Notes under the pieces: model-generated
The model's database searches: none
Told to the model about the DNA's origin: nothing
Seen by the model: only the letters and a program-made list of their open reading frames with translations
Assembly: GCA_964016885.1 (NCBI GenBank)
Contig: OZ024741.1
Location: 295,430,001 to 295,494,000 of the forward strand
DNA from: Eledone cirrhosa
Lineage: Eukaryota
Reading direction: 5' to 3'
DNA: 64,000 bases
Program-made: the position numbers and the translations under genes
In this document: piece by piece, positions 51,705 to 64,000 of the stretch
Numbering within the stretch: position 1 is the stretch's first letter
Layout: each line of letters starts with the position of its first letter

Positions 51705-54700
51705 ATGGAGACTAGAACGTCATGTGACAGACTCTCACCCAACAGGTGCCCCCTGGCTCAGCAGCAGGAACCTGACTGTCAACCAAATACTGCTGATGTT
51801 GGAGGAAGAAGAAGAAGGAAAGGGGCCAGAACCAACTGGACGAAAGAATTGAATAGAACTGTTATGCAATGCTACCTGAAAAGTAACCCCAAGGAGAGGG
51901 GCTACAGGAGACGGATGCATAACATCTGGAACGAGATTGGTTTATTTAAATTAGATGAACAAAAATTGGCCGGGCAGGCTCGGGTAATAAGAACTAATGG
52001 GTGGATAAGCGAGCTGGAACTGGAGGAACTGAGCAGAGAGAATGGCTTGGAGATGGCGGGTGTAGTATGCCAGACAAGCGAGCCGGCGGGAAATGAAGGT
52101 GAGGAGGTCCTGAGAACGGAGGAACCACCCGAAGCGGACAATGATCTGAATACTGAGATAAATAATACCTGGAACAGAGATACGGCCACTGAGGAGATGA
52201 ATGCTGACGGGCTAGGACAAGATTCGGTTGACATCCTAAATTTAGTGGTAGATGAGTTGAACAATGATAGTGGGAGACCTATGAACCTAAGATTTGTAGA
52301 CAGGAAAAAGTTAAAAGAAACAACAGCTAAGGTAAACAAAGTCATCCCATACCTTGAGGCGAGGAGTCTTCACCAGTGCAACAATATCCTCAAAGCAACA
52401 GCAAATACGGTGAGGAAACTACTTGGTATAAAAGCGAGAGGAAACAACAGACAAGAAAGAGCAGAGCCGTGGTGGAAGAAGCGACTGAGTGGGCAAATCG
52501 AGGAAATGAGAAATGACATAGGAAAGCTTGAGTCACTACTGAATGGGACACTAAAAAACATAGGCACTAAAAATAGACTGGAAATAAAATACAAAACTAG
52601 GAGTAAAAAGCTAAATATTATCATAGAGGAATTGAAGCAACGCATTGTAGCAAAGAGTGCCAAAATCAGGCGATACGAGAACAGAGTCAGTCAGTATAAA
52701 CAGAACCGCATGTTCGACAACAACCAGAAGATGCTGTTTGGACAGCTTGAGGGGAAAGAAAGAGGCAACGACTTGATCCCTGGGGCGGAACAAGCTAAAA
52801 CATTCTGGAGAGGAATATGGGAGCAGGATGTTAGACACAATGCCCAGGCAGGGTGGATTGAGACAGTACAGAGGGAGATCGGTGAGCAGGCACAGCAACA
52901 GACTGATTTGAGTATCACAGTTGAAACTCTTAAGGGGCAAGCCAAAAAACTAACCAACTGGAAATCACCAGGCCCAGATGGTGTGCAGGGGTATTGGATT
53001 AAACATTTAACATCCCTCCACCCGAAGCTGACGGCCATGTTCAATGACTGCTTGGTGTCGGGTGAGGTGCCAGAGTGGTTGACAAAAGGTACCACAGTTC
53101 TGATAATGAAAGACCGAATCAAGGGTAATGATGTTACCAACTATAGACCTATCACATGTCTGCCCGTAATGTGGAAACTGTTGACGAGCATTGTGTCTGA
53201 GGAAATCTACCATCACCTCCACACAAACAACTTGTTGCCGGACGAACAGAAAGGATGCCGAAAGAAGTCACGTGATACAAAGGACCAGTTGCTTATTGAT
53301 AAGATGGTAATGGGGAATTGCAGGAGGAGACACACTGATCTTGCCATGGGATGGATAGACTACAGAAAGGCATTTGACATGGTGCCTCATTCCTGGATCA
53401 CCAAAAGCCTGGAGATCTTCAGGGTGGCAGATAACATCAGACAGTTGCTGGGCAGGAGTATGGGGTCCTGGGAGACAGAGTTGACATCAACTGGAGTATC
53501 CTTGGGAAGCGTGAAGATCAAGAGAGGTATCTTCCAGGGAGATAGCCTGTCCCCTCTGTTGTTTGTCCTTGCCCTGATGCCCTTGACCATTATGCTGCGA
53601 AAAGTGAGAGCAGGATACAAGTTGGGAAGGGGAGAGCTTACCATCAATCACCTCCTCTTCATGGACGATCTTAAGCTCTTCGGGAAAAGTGAGAAGGAGT
53701 TGGATGTGCTTGTTGACACTGTCCGTATTTTCAGCAGTGATATATGTATGCAGTTTGGTATTGGTAAATGTGGAGTCATTGTGATGAGGAGGGGTAGGTT
53801 GAGCAGAAGTAACGGGATCCAGATACCAACAGGTGAGATGATAAAGGAAATTGACTCTGAGGAAGGATACAAGTATTTGGGCGTTCTGGAGGCTGATGGC
53901 ATAAAGAACAAAAAAATGAAGGAATTGTTAAGAACTGAATACATTCGGAGAGTAAGGAGCGTATTGAAGTCACATCTGAACAGCAGAAATGCCATAAGCG
54001 CAGTAAATTCCCGAGCTGTGTCTATTATTAGGTACAGTGCGGGAATTCTGAGATGGAATGTTGCTGAACAAAAAGAAATGGATAGGAAGACTAGGAAGCT
54101 ATTGACTATCTACAACATGTTCCACAAGAGGAGTGATGTCGATAGACTCTACCTAAGGAGATCTGAGGGTGGAAGAGGTCTTATCAGCATAGAGGACTGT
54201 GTTCAGATGGAGAAAAACAACCTATACAAATACGTGACCTATAGTAAGGAGCCAATGCTCAGAGCTGTACTGAAGGAGGGGACAGTAGGCCAGGGGATAT
54301 CCAAGGAGGAAATAACATCAAGGAGGAAGAGCAGCCTTAAGGGAAAATCCCTTCATAGTACCTTCTTTGAGAAAACTGAATTTAGAGATCCACAGACATG
54401 GAACTGGTTGAGAAGAGGAGACCTCAAAAAGGCTACAGAAGGAATGCTAATGGCTGCGCAGGAGCAGGCCCTCAAAACGAAGTGGTTGAAGCACCATATC
54501 TACAAGGAGGAGGCTAGCCCACTGTGCAGGATCTGTGGAGAGAGAGAGGAGACTGTGGCTCACATTGTGTCCGAGTGTAAACACCTAGCCCAGACCCACT
54601 ATAAGGGCTGGAGACACGATGTGATGGGCAGGGTGATCCACTGGCACCTGTGCAAAGTAAACAATCTACCACATTCTGAGAAATGGTATGAGCATAGGCC

Positions 54701-55097
54701 AGAGGCGGTGATGGAGAACAGTCAGGTGAAGGTGCTGTGGGATTTTAGGATACAGACGGACAAAAAACTGGAACACAATAGACCTGACCTGGTGGTTGTG
54801 GACAAAGAAAAAAGATCGTGCCTGATTGTGGATGTGGCCTGCCCGTTCGACACGAGAGTGCAAGAGAAGGAGAGGGAGAAAATTAACCGATACCAGGACC
54901 TAAAGTGGGAGGTGAAAAGGATTTGGAACTGCCATGAAGTCAAAGTGATCCCGATTGTCATAGGCGCACTGGGGACTATCTCCAAAGGTTTCCAGGGATG
55001 GTTAAAGAAAATCGGCCCCTTCACGCTTTTTGGAACGCTTCAAAAGGCATGCTTGCTTGGAACGGCAAGAACCCTCCGATACGTCCTGAATATCTGA
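51705..55097 (+). CDS. Intact R4/Dong polyprotein (RT, CCHC finger, restriction-like endonuclease), 1130 aa
   Basis: SPGPDG, NYRPI, FQGDSLSPLLF, FMDD, CRIC..ETVAHIVSEC, RHD, PDLVV..DVACP..EK..RY; followed by short 3' UTR and (TAA)n. Confidence 0.95.
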   Translation: METRTSCDRLSPNRCPLAQQQEPDCQPNTADVGGRRRRKGARTNWTKELNRTVMQCYLKSNPKERGYRRRMHNIWNEIGLFKLDEQKLAGQARVIRTNGWISELELEELSRENGLEMAGVVCQTSEPAGNEGEEVLRTEEPPEADNDLNTEINNTWNRDTATEEMNADGLGQDSVDILNLVVDELNNDSGRPMNLRFVDRKKLKETTAKVNKVIPYLEARSLHQCNNILKATANTVRKLLGIKARGNNRQERAEPWWKKRLSGQIEEMRNDIGKLESLLNGTLKNIGTKNRLEIKYKTRSKKLNIIIEELKQRIVAKSAKIRRYENRVSQYKQNRMFDNNQKMLFGQLEGKERGNDLIPGAEQAKTFWRGIWEQDVRHNAQAGWIETVQREIGEQAQQQTDLSITVETLKGQAKKLTNWKSPGPDGVQGYWIKHLTSLHPKLTAMFNDCLVSGEVPEWLTKGTTVLIMKDRIKGNDVTNYRPITCLPVMWKLLTSIVSEEIYHHLHTNNLLPDEQKGCRKKSRDTKDQLLIDKMVMGNCRRRHTDLAMGWIDYRKAFDMVPHSWITKSLEIFRVADNIRQLLGRSMGSWETELTSTGVSLGSVKIKRGIFQGDSLSPLLFVLALMPLTIMLRKVRAGYKLGRGELTINHLLFMDDLKLFGKSEKELDVLVDTVRIFSSDICMQFGIGKCGVIVMRRGRLSRSNGIQIPTGEMIKEIDSEEGYKYLGVLEADGIKNKKMKELLRTEYIRRVRSVLKSHLNSRNAISAVNSRAVSIIRYSAGILRWNVAEQKEMDRKTRKLLTIYNMFHKRSDVDRLYLRRSEGGRGLISIEDCVQMEKNNLYKYVTYSKEPMLRAVLKEGTVGQGISKEEITSRRKSSLKGKSLHSTFFEKTEFRDPQTWNWLRRGDLKKATEGMLMAAQEQALKTKWLKHHIYKEEASPLCRICGEREETVAHIVSECKHLAQTHYKGWRHDVMGRVIHWHLCKVNNLPHSEKWYEHRPEAVMENSQVKVLWDFRIQTDKKLEHNRPDLVVVDKEKRSCLIVDVACPFDTRVQEKEREKINRYQDLKWEVKRIWNCHEVKVIPIVIGALGTISKGFQGWLKKIGPFTLFGTLQKACLLGTARTLRYVLNI

Positions 55098-55203
55098 GGC
55101 TGCAGGTAGTGGCTTGATATTCAATCCAACGGACTTTCCAGTTAACCAACATCAATGACTGAGATTCAAGGAATAACAATAACAATAATAATAATAATAA
55201 TAA

Positions 55204-55535
55204 CTGCCCGTTCGACACGAAAGTGCAAGAGAAGGAGAGGGAGAAAATTAACCGATACCAGGACTTAAAGTGGGAGGTAAAAAGGATTTGGAACTGCTAT
55301 GAAGTCAAAGTGGTCCCGATTGTCATAGCCGCACTAGGTACTATCTCAAAATGTTTCCAGGGATGGTTAAAGAAATTTGGCCCCTTCACGCTTTTTGGAA
55401 CGCTTCAAAAGGCATGCTTGCTGGGAACAGCAAGAACCCTCCAATACGTCCTGAATATCTGAGGCTGCAGGTAGTGGCTTGATATTCATTTCAACAAACT
55501 TTCCAGTTAACTAACATCAATGACTGAGACTCAAA

Positions 55536-55581
<46 letters not shown>
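55204..55581 (+). mobile_element. R4/Dong short 3' fragment
   Basis: ORF 55223-55462 repeats the C-terminal 79 aa; (TAA)n on both sides. Confidence 0.9.
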
Positions 55582-55585
<4 letters not shown>

Positions 55586-58500
55586 GAAAAAAGAAAAAAA
55601 CAAACAAAACCAAAGCAGCACAGCAACAACAGCAAAAAACGAGAAAAACAAACAGAGAAAAAAAAAAACAAAAAAAAACAAAAAAAAAAAAAACAAAACA
55701 AAAAACCCAGAAAACGTAAAGAAAATAAGAATGAAGAGAGAAGCAGGCGGACGGACAGAGAAGAGGGGGGAAAAACTAAAACTTAAAAAACAAAAACTAA
55801 GTCAGACATTCGAACACTACATTACAATGAAACTTATGCTTATTCATTTTTGGGGCCCTTTCTGCCTGTGTGTTTGTTTGTTTATGTGTGTTCGTATACA
55901 GCGTGGTGATAATGCCACACAAGGGCCAAGTGGAATGGCGGATCCACAGATGGATATGTAACCATACATTCGCCAATCCTCGATAAGAGTGTTTAAATAT
56001 CGAACATAAACAGTTCGAATAACGGTGAAATGGAGACTAGAACGTCATGTGACAGACTCTCACCCAACAGGTGCCCCCTGGCTCAGCAGCAGGAACCTGA
56101 CTGTCAACCAAATACTGCTGATGTTGGAGGAAGGAGAAGAAGGAAAGGGGCCAGAACCAACTGGACGAAAGAATTGAATAGAACTGTTATGCAATGTTAC
56201 CTGAAAAGTAACCCCAAGGAGAGGGGCTACAGGAGACGGATGCATAACATCTGGAACGAGATTGGTTTATTTAAATTAGATGAACAAAAATTGGCCGGGC
56301 AGGCTCGGGTAATAAGAACTAATGGATGGATAAGCGAGCTGGAACTGGAGGAACTGAGCAGAGAGAATGGCTTGGAGATGGCGGGTGTAGTATGCCAGAC
56401 AAGCGAGCCAGTGGGAAATGAAGGTGAAGAGGTCCTGAGAACGGAGGAACCACCCGAAGCAGACAATGATCTGAATACTGAGATAAATAATACCTGGAAC
56501 AGAGATACGGCCACTGAGGAGATGAATGCTGACGGGCTAGGACAAGATTCGGTTGACATCCTAAATTTAGTGGTAGATGAATTGAACAATGATAGTGGGA
56601 GACCTATGAACCTAAGATTTGTAGACAGGAAAAAGTTAAAAGAAACAACAGCTAAGGTAAACAAAGTCATCCCATACCTTGAGGCGAGGAGCCTTCACCA
56701 GTGCAACAATATCCTCAAAGCAACAGCAAATACGGTGAGGAAACTACTTGGTATAAAAGCGAGAGGAAACAACAGACAAGAAAGAGCAGAGCCGTGGTGG
56801 AAGAAGCGACTGAGTGGGCAAATCGGGGAAATGAGAAATGACATAGGAAAGCTTGAGTCACTACTGAATGGGACACTAAAAAACATAGGCACTAAAAATA
56901 GACTGGAAATAAAATACAAAACTAGGAGGAAAAAGCTAAATATTATCATAGAGGAACTGAAGCAACGCATTGTAGCAAAGAGTGCAAAAATCAGGCGATA
57001 CGAGAACAGAGTCAGTCAGTATAAACAGAACCGCATGTTCGACAACAACCAGAAGATGCTGTTTGGACAGCTTGAGGGGAAAGAAAGAGGCAACGACTTG
57101 ATCCCTGGGGCGGAGCAAACTAAAACATTCTGGAGAGGAATATGGGAGCAGGATGTTAGACACAATGCCCAGGCAGGGTGGATTGAGACAGTACAGAGGG
57201 AGATCGGTGAGCAGGCACAACAACAAACTGATTTGAGTATCACAGTTGAAACTCTTAAGGGGCAGGCCAAAAAACTAACCAACTGGAAATCACCAGGCCC
57301 AGATGGTGTGCAGGGGTATTGGATTAAACATTTAACATCCCTCCACCCGAAGCTGACGGCCATGTTTAATGACTGCTTGGTGTCGGGTGAGGTGCCAGAG
57401 TGGTTGACAAAAGGTACCACAGTTCTGATAATGAAAGACCGAATCAAGGGTAATGATGTTACCAACTATAGACCTATCACATGTCTGTCCGTAATGTGGA
57501 AACTGTTGACGAGCATTGTGTCTGAGGAAATCTACCATCACCTCCACACAAACAACTTGTTACCGGACGAACAGAAAGGATGCCGAAAGAAGTCACGTGG
57601 TACAAAGGACCAGTTGCTTATTGATAAGATGGTAATGGGGAATTGCAGGAGGAGACACACTGATCTTGCCATGGGATGGATAGACTACAGAAAGGCATTT
57701 GACATGGTGCCTCATTCCTGGATCACCAAAAGCCTGGAGATCTTCAGGGTGGCAGATAACATCAGACAGTTGCTGGGCAGGAGTATGGGGTCCTGGGAGA
57801 CTGAGTTGACATCAACTGGAGTATCCTTGGGAAGCGTGAAGATCAAGAGAGGTATCTTCCAGGGAGATAGCCTGTCCCCTCTGTTGTTTGTCCTTGCCCT
57901 GATGCCCTTGACCATTATGCTGCGAAAAGTGAGAGCAGGATACAAGTTGGGAAGGGGAGAGCTTACCATCAATCACCTCCTCTTCATGGACGATCTTAAG
58001 CTCTTCGGGAAAAGTGAGAAGGAGTTGGATGTGCTTGTTGACACTGTCCGTATTTTCAGCAGTGATATATGTATGCAGTTTGGTATTGGTAAATGTGGAG
58101 TCATTGTGATGAAGAGGGGTAGGTTGAGCAGAAGTAACGGGATCCAGATACCAACAGGTGAGATGATAAAGGAAATTGACTCTGAGGAAGGATACAAGTA
58201 TTTGGGCGTTCTGGAGGCTGATGGCATAAAGAACAAAAAAATGAAGGAATTGTTAAGAACTGAATACATTCGGAGAGTAAGGAGCGTATTGAAGTCACAT
58301 CTGAACAGCAGAAATGCCATAAGCGCAGTAAATTCCCGAGCTGTGTCTATTATTAGGTACAGTGCGGGAATTCTGAGATGGAATGTTGCTGAACAAAAAG
58401 AAATGGATAGGAAGACTAGGAAGCTATTGACTATCTACAACATGTTCCACAAGAGGAGTGATGTCGATAGACTCTACTTAAGGAGATCTGAAGGTGGAAG

Positions 58501-59516
58501 AGGTCTTATCAGCATAGAGGACTGTGTTCAGATGGAGAAAAACAACCTACACAAATACGTGACTGATAGTAAGGAGCCAATGCTCAGAATTGTACTGAAG
58601 GAGAGGACAATAGATCAGGGGATGACCAAGGAGGAAATAACAACAAGGAGAAAGAGCAGCCTTCATGAAAAATCCCTGAATAGTACCTTCTTTGAGAAAA
58701 CTGAATTCAGAGATCCACAGACATGGAACTGGTTGAAAAGAGGAGACCTTAAAAAGGCTACAGAAGGAATGCTAATGGCTGTGCAAAAGCAGGCCCTCAA
58801 AACGAAGTGGTTGAAGCACCATATTTACAAGGAGGAGGCTAGCCCACTGTGCAGGATCTGTGGAGAGAGAGAGAGTAGACTGTGGCTCACATTGTATCCG
58901 AGTGTAAGCACCTAGCCCAGACTCACTATAAGGGCTGGAGACATGATGTGATGGACAGGGTGATCCACTGGCACCTATGCAAAGTAAACAATTTACCACA
59001 TTCTGAGAAGTGGTATGAGCATAAGCCAGAGTAGGTGATAGAAAACGATCAGGTGAAGGTGCTGTGGGATTTTAGGATACAGACGGACAAGAAACTGGAA
59101 CACAATAGACCTGACCTGGTGGTTTTGGACAAGGAAAAAAGATCGTGCCTGATTGTGGATGTGGCCTGCCCATTCGACACGAGAGTGCAAGAAAAGGAGA
59201 GGGAGAAAATTAACCGATACCAGGACTTAAAGTGGGAGGTAAAAAGGATTTGGAACTGCCATGAAGTAAAAGTGGTCCCGATTGTCATAGGCGCACTAGG
59301 TACTATCTCAAAATGTTTCCAGGGATGGTTAAAGAAAATTGGCCCCGCCACGCTTTTTGGAACGCTTCAAATGGCATGCTTGCTGGGAACAGCAAGAACC
59401 CTCGGATACGTCCTGAATATCTGAGGCTGCAGGTAGTGGCTTGATATTCATTTCAACAAACTTTCCAGTTAACTAACATCAATGACTGAGACTCAAAGAA
59501 CAATAATAATAATAAT
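55582..59516 (+). mobile_element. Second full-length R4/Dong copy, frameshifted in the zinc finger
   Basis: ORF 56030-58915 is nearly identical to the first copy until a GA-run frameshift near 58870; stop near 59032; remainder 59035-59424. Confidence 0.95.
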
Positions 59517-62500
59517 ACTTTCTTTATTAACCACAAGTGTTTACATAAAGTAGACATTAAGGACAGTGCAGGACAATACAGGACAGTACAAATGGGCATT
59601 TCTACGTGTAAAAAAAACAAAAAAAACAGTGGATGTAACAAAAAAAATAACAATGAAAAATTCACCAATACGGGGGAGACTTCCGAGGGATATTCGTGGA
59701 GAAAGCCCTTTAAAAAGCCACAGTGACTCTGACCACCAGGGCAAGTGCCCTCTCCCAGTTTTCCACCTTTAATTTACAGACACATACTCAGAGTAGGCCC
59801 ATTCACTCGGGCCATACTTGCTTCAATTTCAACAAAATGCTGGGAAGAGAGCACTTCCCTCTCTACCCTGATTTTCCTTTTCAAATGAAATTTGAAAAAG
59901 TTAATCAGGGCATCGCCGAAGAGGTAAGTGCTCGTATTCAGCCATTTCAAAAGTGTCCACCATACTATCTCTTTCGCCATGGCCACCAGACAGATAAAAA
60001 CTGCCTGCCCTTCCCGGCTAAAAGAAAAGGGCGGGGCAATCCTCACGATGGACTCAGCTGATAGTTGAATCCGTCCTACACGCGACAGCAGGTATTCGAC
60101 ATAAACCCACAAGTCAGCAATGATCGGACACTGGAGGAGTGCATGCAGGACAGTTTCGTCGCCCTGCGCGCATCTCGAACATGCCCGGCTGACGGCACCT
60201 CCATGCCTGTAGAGTTTATCCCGAACTGGCAAAGCTCCTCGGTAGCACTGCTAGGCCAGGGATTTCTGGAAGTTGTCCATAGGCCCGGCCCGAAAGTTCT
60301 TCCGAAGAGATTGGCTAATTGATTTTCGTCAATGCCTAGAGTTTCCCCAAGTACGTCGTTGCTCTTCCCCTCCTCTAATCCTCTATAGAACGCCAAGGTG
60401 GAGTTTCCACCGATCACATTGCCCGATTGGTCGAGAGCTGTGAGTGCCTGAAGACATTCCAGTCTCCAAGCGCTCCCTCTCAGTCTTCGCTTGACCCAGG
60501 ACTGCAGCTCCGTGAAGGAGACGAGCTGGGGAAAGACGCGTCTAGCAAACGGCGACCACACCTGATCACCGTCGAAGAAGAGGTGGAGATGTCGTAGCCT
60601 GAGCGCGTGTCTGCGCATCATCAGCCACGGCATTCCCAGCCCTCCACGTAGCGGGTGTTGACAGCAGATAAACCGCCTGACCATCGGAGCACGTCCCTTC
60701 CACAAAAAGCGAAAGAACAAACGCTCCAGCGCAGTCAGGCAAGGCTTAGGACAAGGTACGATGGTCAGGCGGTAGTAGATGACGGACGCGATGTACGCGT
60801 TTGCCACCTCCCCTCGACCTTTCAAGGATAGCTTCCTCTCTGCCCATTTCTGGGTGTGAGAAGCCACCCTGCCCGTCACCTCGTCCCAGTTTTTGTCCGT
60901 CTGGAGGTCCGGACCGAACCAGACCCCTAGCAATTTAACCGGTCCGTCCGTCCAGCGCCCGACGACGCTGTTGGACAGCATGGACCTGCCTCTCCAGGTG
61001 CCGAGCTGCAGGCCCACTGACTTTTCCTGGTTGATCATTGCTCCTGTCCCCGCCGTATTCTCTTAGTGTAGTGCCGATCATCTCGATGTGTTTGGCGTTC
61101 GACACCCACCACTACGTTGACATCGTCCGCATATGCTGACACGGATCTTCCGCATCCTAGTTCGCGCGGGATTCCCCTCAACGTCTCCAGTTTGTGCAGT
61201 AATGGCTCGAGAGTCAATACGTACAAGAGGGACGAGAGGGGACATCCTTGGCGGACCGAGCGCATGATGTTGAACGGTTCCGAAAGGTGACCGTTCACTC
61301 TCACCACAGAGCAGATGTCGCCGTGCATGGCAGCGATCCAGCCTCTGAAGACGGGCCCAAAGCCAGCCGCCCTCAGGACTGCCGCTAGGTAACGATGGTC
61401 GAGCCTATCGAAAGCTTTCGACTGATCTAGATTGATCAAGGACCCACTCGTGCCAGGTTCCCTAGCTACCCTCTCCACGATGTATTGCATAAGGTGGAGG
61501 TTGTCGTGGATGGATCTGTCGGGAATGGCGCATGTCAGCGCCTCTCCCACCAGACCACCAACGACAAGCGCCAACCTCTTTGCTAGCACCTTGGCCAAAA
61601 TCTTGAACTCTGTGTTTAGCAGAGTTATGGGCCTGAAATTATCTATGTTATCCTCCTTGTTCGGATCCTTTCTCAGCAGCGCCACCGCTCCTCGGCTCAC
61701 AGAGCTGGGAATTATCCCGTTCTGTTGCCAGTTGCAGTAGACGTCCGCCAAGAGGCCTCCGAACAAGTCTGGCATCTGTACGTAAAGTTCATAGGGCAGA
61801 CCATCCAAACCAGGCGATTTACCCCTTGTGCAGCCAGTCATTGCCTCCCGTACTTCAGCGGCTGTTATCGGCTTTTCGCAACTCTCCGCCCCAGTGGCCG
61901 AGAGCCGCGGCAGTCCGTCAAGGTAGACACTAAAGTCCATTCCTCGATCCCGCCCGCCGCTGCCCCCGAACAGCTGAGCGAAGTGTCGCTGAAAAGCTTC
62001 ACACATTTGCCGGGGATCGAGTAGCATGCGCCCGTCGTGGTCCACCAAAGACCGGATCGTGGCTTTGTTGCCACGACGCGCCTCCGCCACTCGGGCCCAT
62101 TGAACGGCTTTCGTCCCCTCGTGTCTGAGAGCACGCACCCTAGTTCTGACAACCCAGCCTTCGTGCTTTGCATTGAAGAATTGGTCAAGGGCCAATTTCG
62201 CCGCAAGTACGTCGGCCGCGATGCCTTTGCTAAGCGCCTCGTCTAATTTTCTAAATAGTTCTCCCTCTGATCTATTTTTCTCTATTGCTAAAGCCTTAAT
62301 AAACCTAATAGACTCTATTCTAATCGCTCTTTTCAGAGCAAACCACCACTTGTTGTTGACGATGGCCCCCGTCAACGCCCGCTTAACTAGTTCGCTAATC
62401 CGGTCTCTGTAGGCCTTGCGCGCTGGTAAGGACGCGTTTAGCTTCCAGTCGCCGGGTCCTCGTCTATGAAGCCTATCTAAGTCAAGCACACAGATCACGA

Positions 62501-64000
62501 ATGTGTGGTCCGTGTAGCTAACTATCTTGAATTGTGGACAGCCTATGCTAGACCTATCTATTTCCCTACAAAATACTCAATCTAGATATGATCTGGATGA
62601 CCCGATGCTGTTTGTCCAAGTCCACATTGGCACATTCGGGAAATCCAATCGCTACCTGTCAGACAGCTCAAAACGCCTGAGCAGTTTGGTGAGGCTCTCG
62701 CACCCTCCTCCCCCATCCTCTAATCCCACACAGTCCCAGCATGCATCTAAGATCCCGTCCAGCACCACCAACTTACCTTCTGGGTCCAGAAAGATGGCTC
62801 GTATGGCGAGATTCCAACCTCTCCGAAAAAGCACAGCAACTCATCCCCCCGATCCAGGACGGCTGGGAGATGCGTACACATCGTAGCCGCAAAAGATCGG
62901 TGCGAAGGCCCGTGCTTCGGAGATTCTGGTCTCGCTGATGGCCACTACATCTATGTTTAGTGACCTGAGGTCGTTGAGCAGGTGGCCCTGCTTCCATGAC
63001 GACCCCAAGCCACGCGCATTTATGCTGCCTATTCTGAGTGAGGTCATGTTGAAATGGAGTTGAAAAAATGGGAAAGACCACTTACCTTACTTCTCGTAGA
63101 GGAAGGATGGTTTCTCCATCCTTTTCACTGCTTGTGGCCTCCTCCGGAAGGATGTCCTTATAAATCCTCCTGGAGAGTGCTTGTCGGAAGTCTTTGATGT
63201 CTTTGGGGAATTTTTGTTTTAGTGTCGTGTACGTTTTCTGTGTGATGCGAGAGATTTGTATGTGTGGAGGTGGTGTGAACTTTTGCGGTGTTGTGTAGTC
63301 TTTTTCTGTGATGCTGGTGTTGTGTTGGATGTAGTATAATAGTTAGTTGTTGTTCAAATTTAATGCTGTGTAGTGTGTATCGTTTTGGTTGTTTTGTTTT
63401 GTTTGCGTTTGTTGTGGGTTTGTTTCTGTTTCGCTTTTTGGTGACTTTTGTGGTGTTGGTGATGGTCGTGTTGGGGTTAATGATGGTGATGGTGTTGGTG
63501 TTTGTGGTGATGGGGTTGGTGATGCTGGTGTGGATGGTGGCATAGCTGTCCTAACTTTTTTGTTTGATAGTTTATTTGTTTCCCTCTGTATTTTGTTTTT
63601 GGAGGGGGAAGGAAGAGGATTTTTTTCTATTTTGGCTTCTTTTTCTTTTTTTTTCTTTTTTCCTGATACCGTTTCCCATTCCTCGTCGTCACAATCTGTC
63701 TCCAGTTGCGATAGGTCGGGGAGTGGAAAATCCTCCACAGGCGTTGGTTTTGGTTGTGGTGTGGTGGATGGTGTAGGCGCTGGTGCTAGTACTGGCGCGT
63801 TGGGTGGTGGTGGTGTTGGTTTTGCTACTGTTGCTGGGGTTGTTGCTGCTACAGTTGCTTCTGTTATTGCTGCTACAGTTGTTGCTGCCATTTCTGCTGC
63901 TGGTGGTGTTGATGGTTGCGTCACTGGGGTGGGTAAGAGAGGTGGCCTCAACTTTCTAGCCTGAGGGCAGAAAGCCCTTAGGTGGGTTCCTTCACCACAA
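59517..64000 (-). mobile_element. Decayed L1/Tx1-clade LINE (ORF1 C-terminus, APE, RT, CCHC)
   Basis: APE start SINARGL..ISET at 63047; KSPGLDG, RQGCPLS, YADD, CSRC..ETVLHALLQC; ORF1 knuckle CGEGTHLRAFC at the window end; AATAAA just before the 3' end; several frameshifts. Confidence 0.92.

Overview
Eukaryotic, AT- and microsatellite-rich DNA made almost entirely of transposable elements. The repeat inventory suggests a cephalopod (Octopus-like) genome; this is an inference. No host protein-coding gene could be firmly identified, only candidate minus-strand micro-exons. Contents: several RTE-clade LINEs with a PHD-like finger in ORF2 and (GAT)n tails, two or three tRNA-derived SINE families, a decayed autonomous Helitron split by an RTE plus smaller Helitron derivatives, a FLYWCH/MULE transposon with long TIRs, hAT and piggyBac-like MITEs, a Tc1/mariner fragment, a tandem cluster of R4/Dong elements in (TAA)n with one intact 1130-aa ORF, and a decayed L1/Tx1. 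The most notable signal is non-coding: small elements embedded in (TA)n that carry type I hammerhead ribozyme motifs. These are a 312-bp unit in three tandem copies plus a full inverted copy (11951-13181, palindromic stem III), a diverged relative with a covarying U3-A8 core (452-497), and a third hammerhead with a large branched stem II (39379-39490). All three show an inverted-segment architecture typical of Penelope-like elements or retrozymes. All structures were read by eye and none has been tested.
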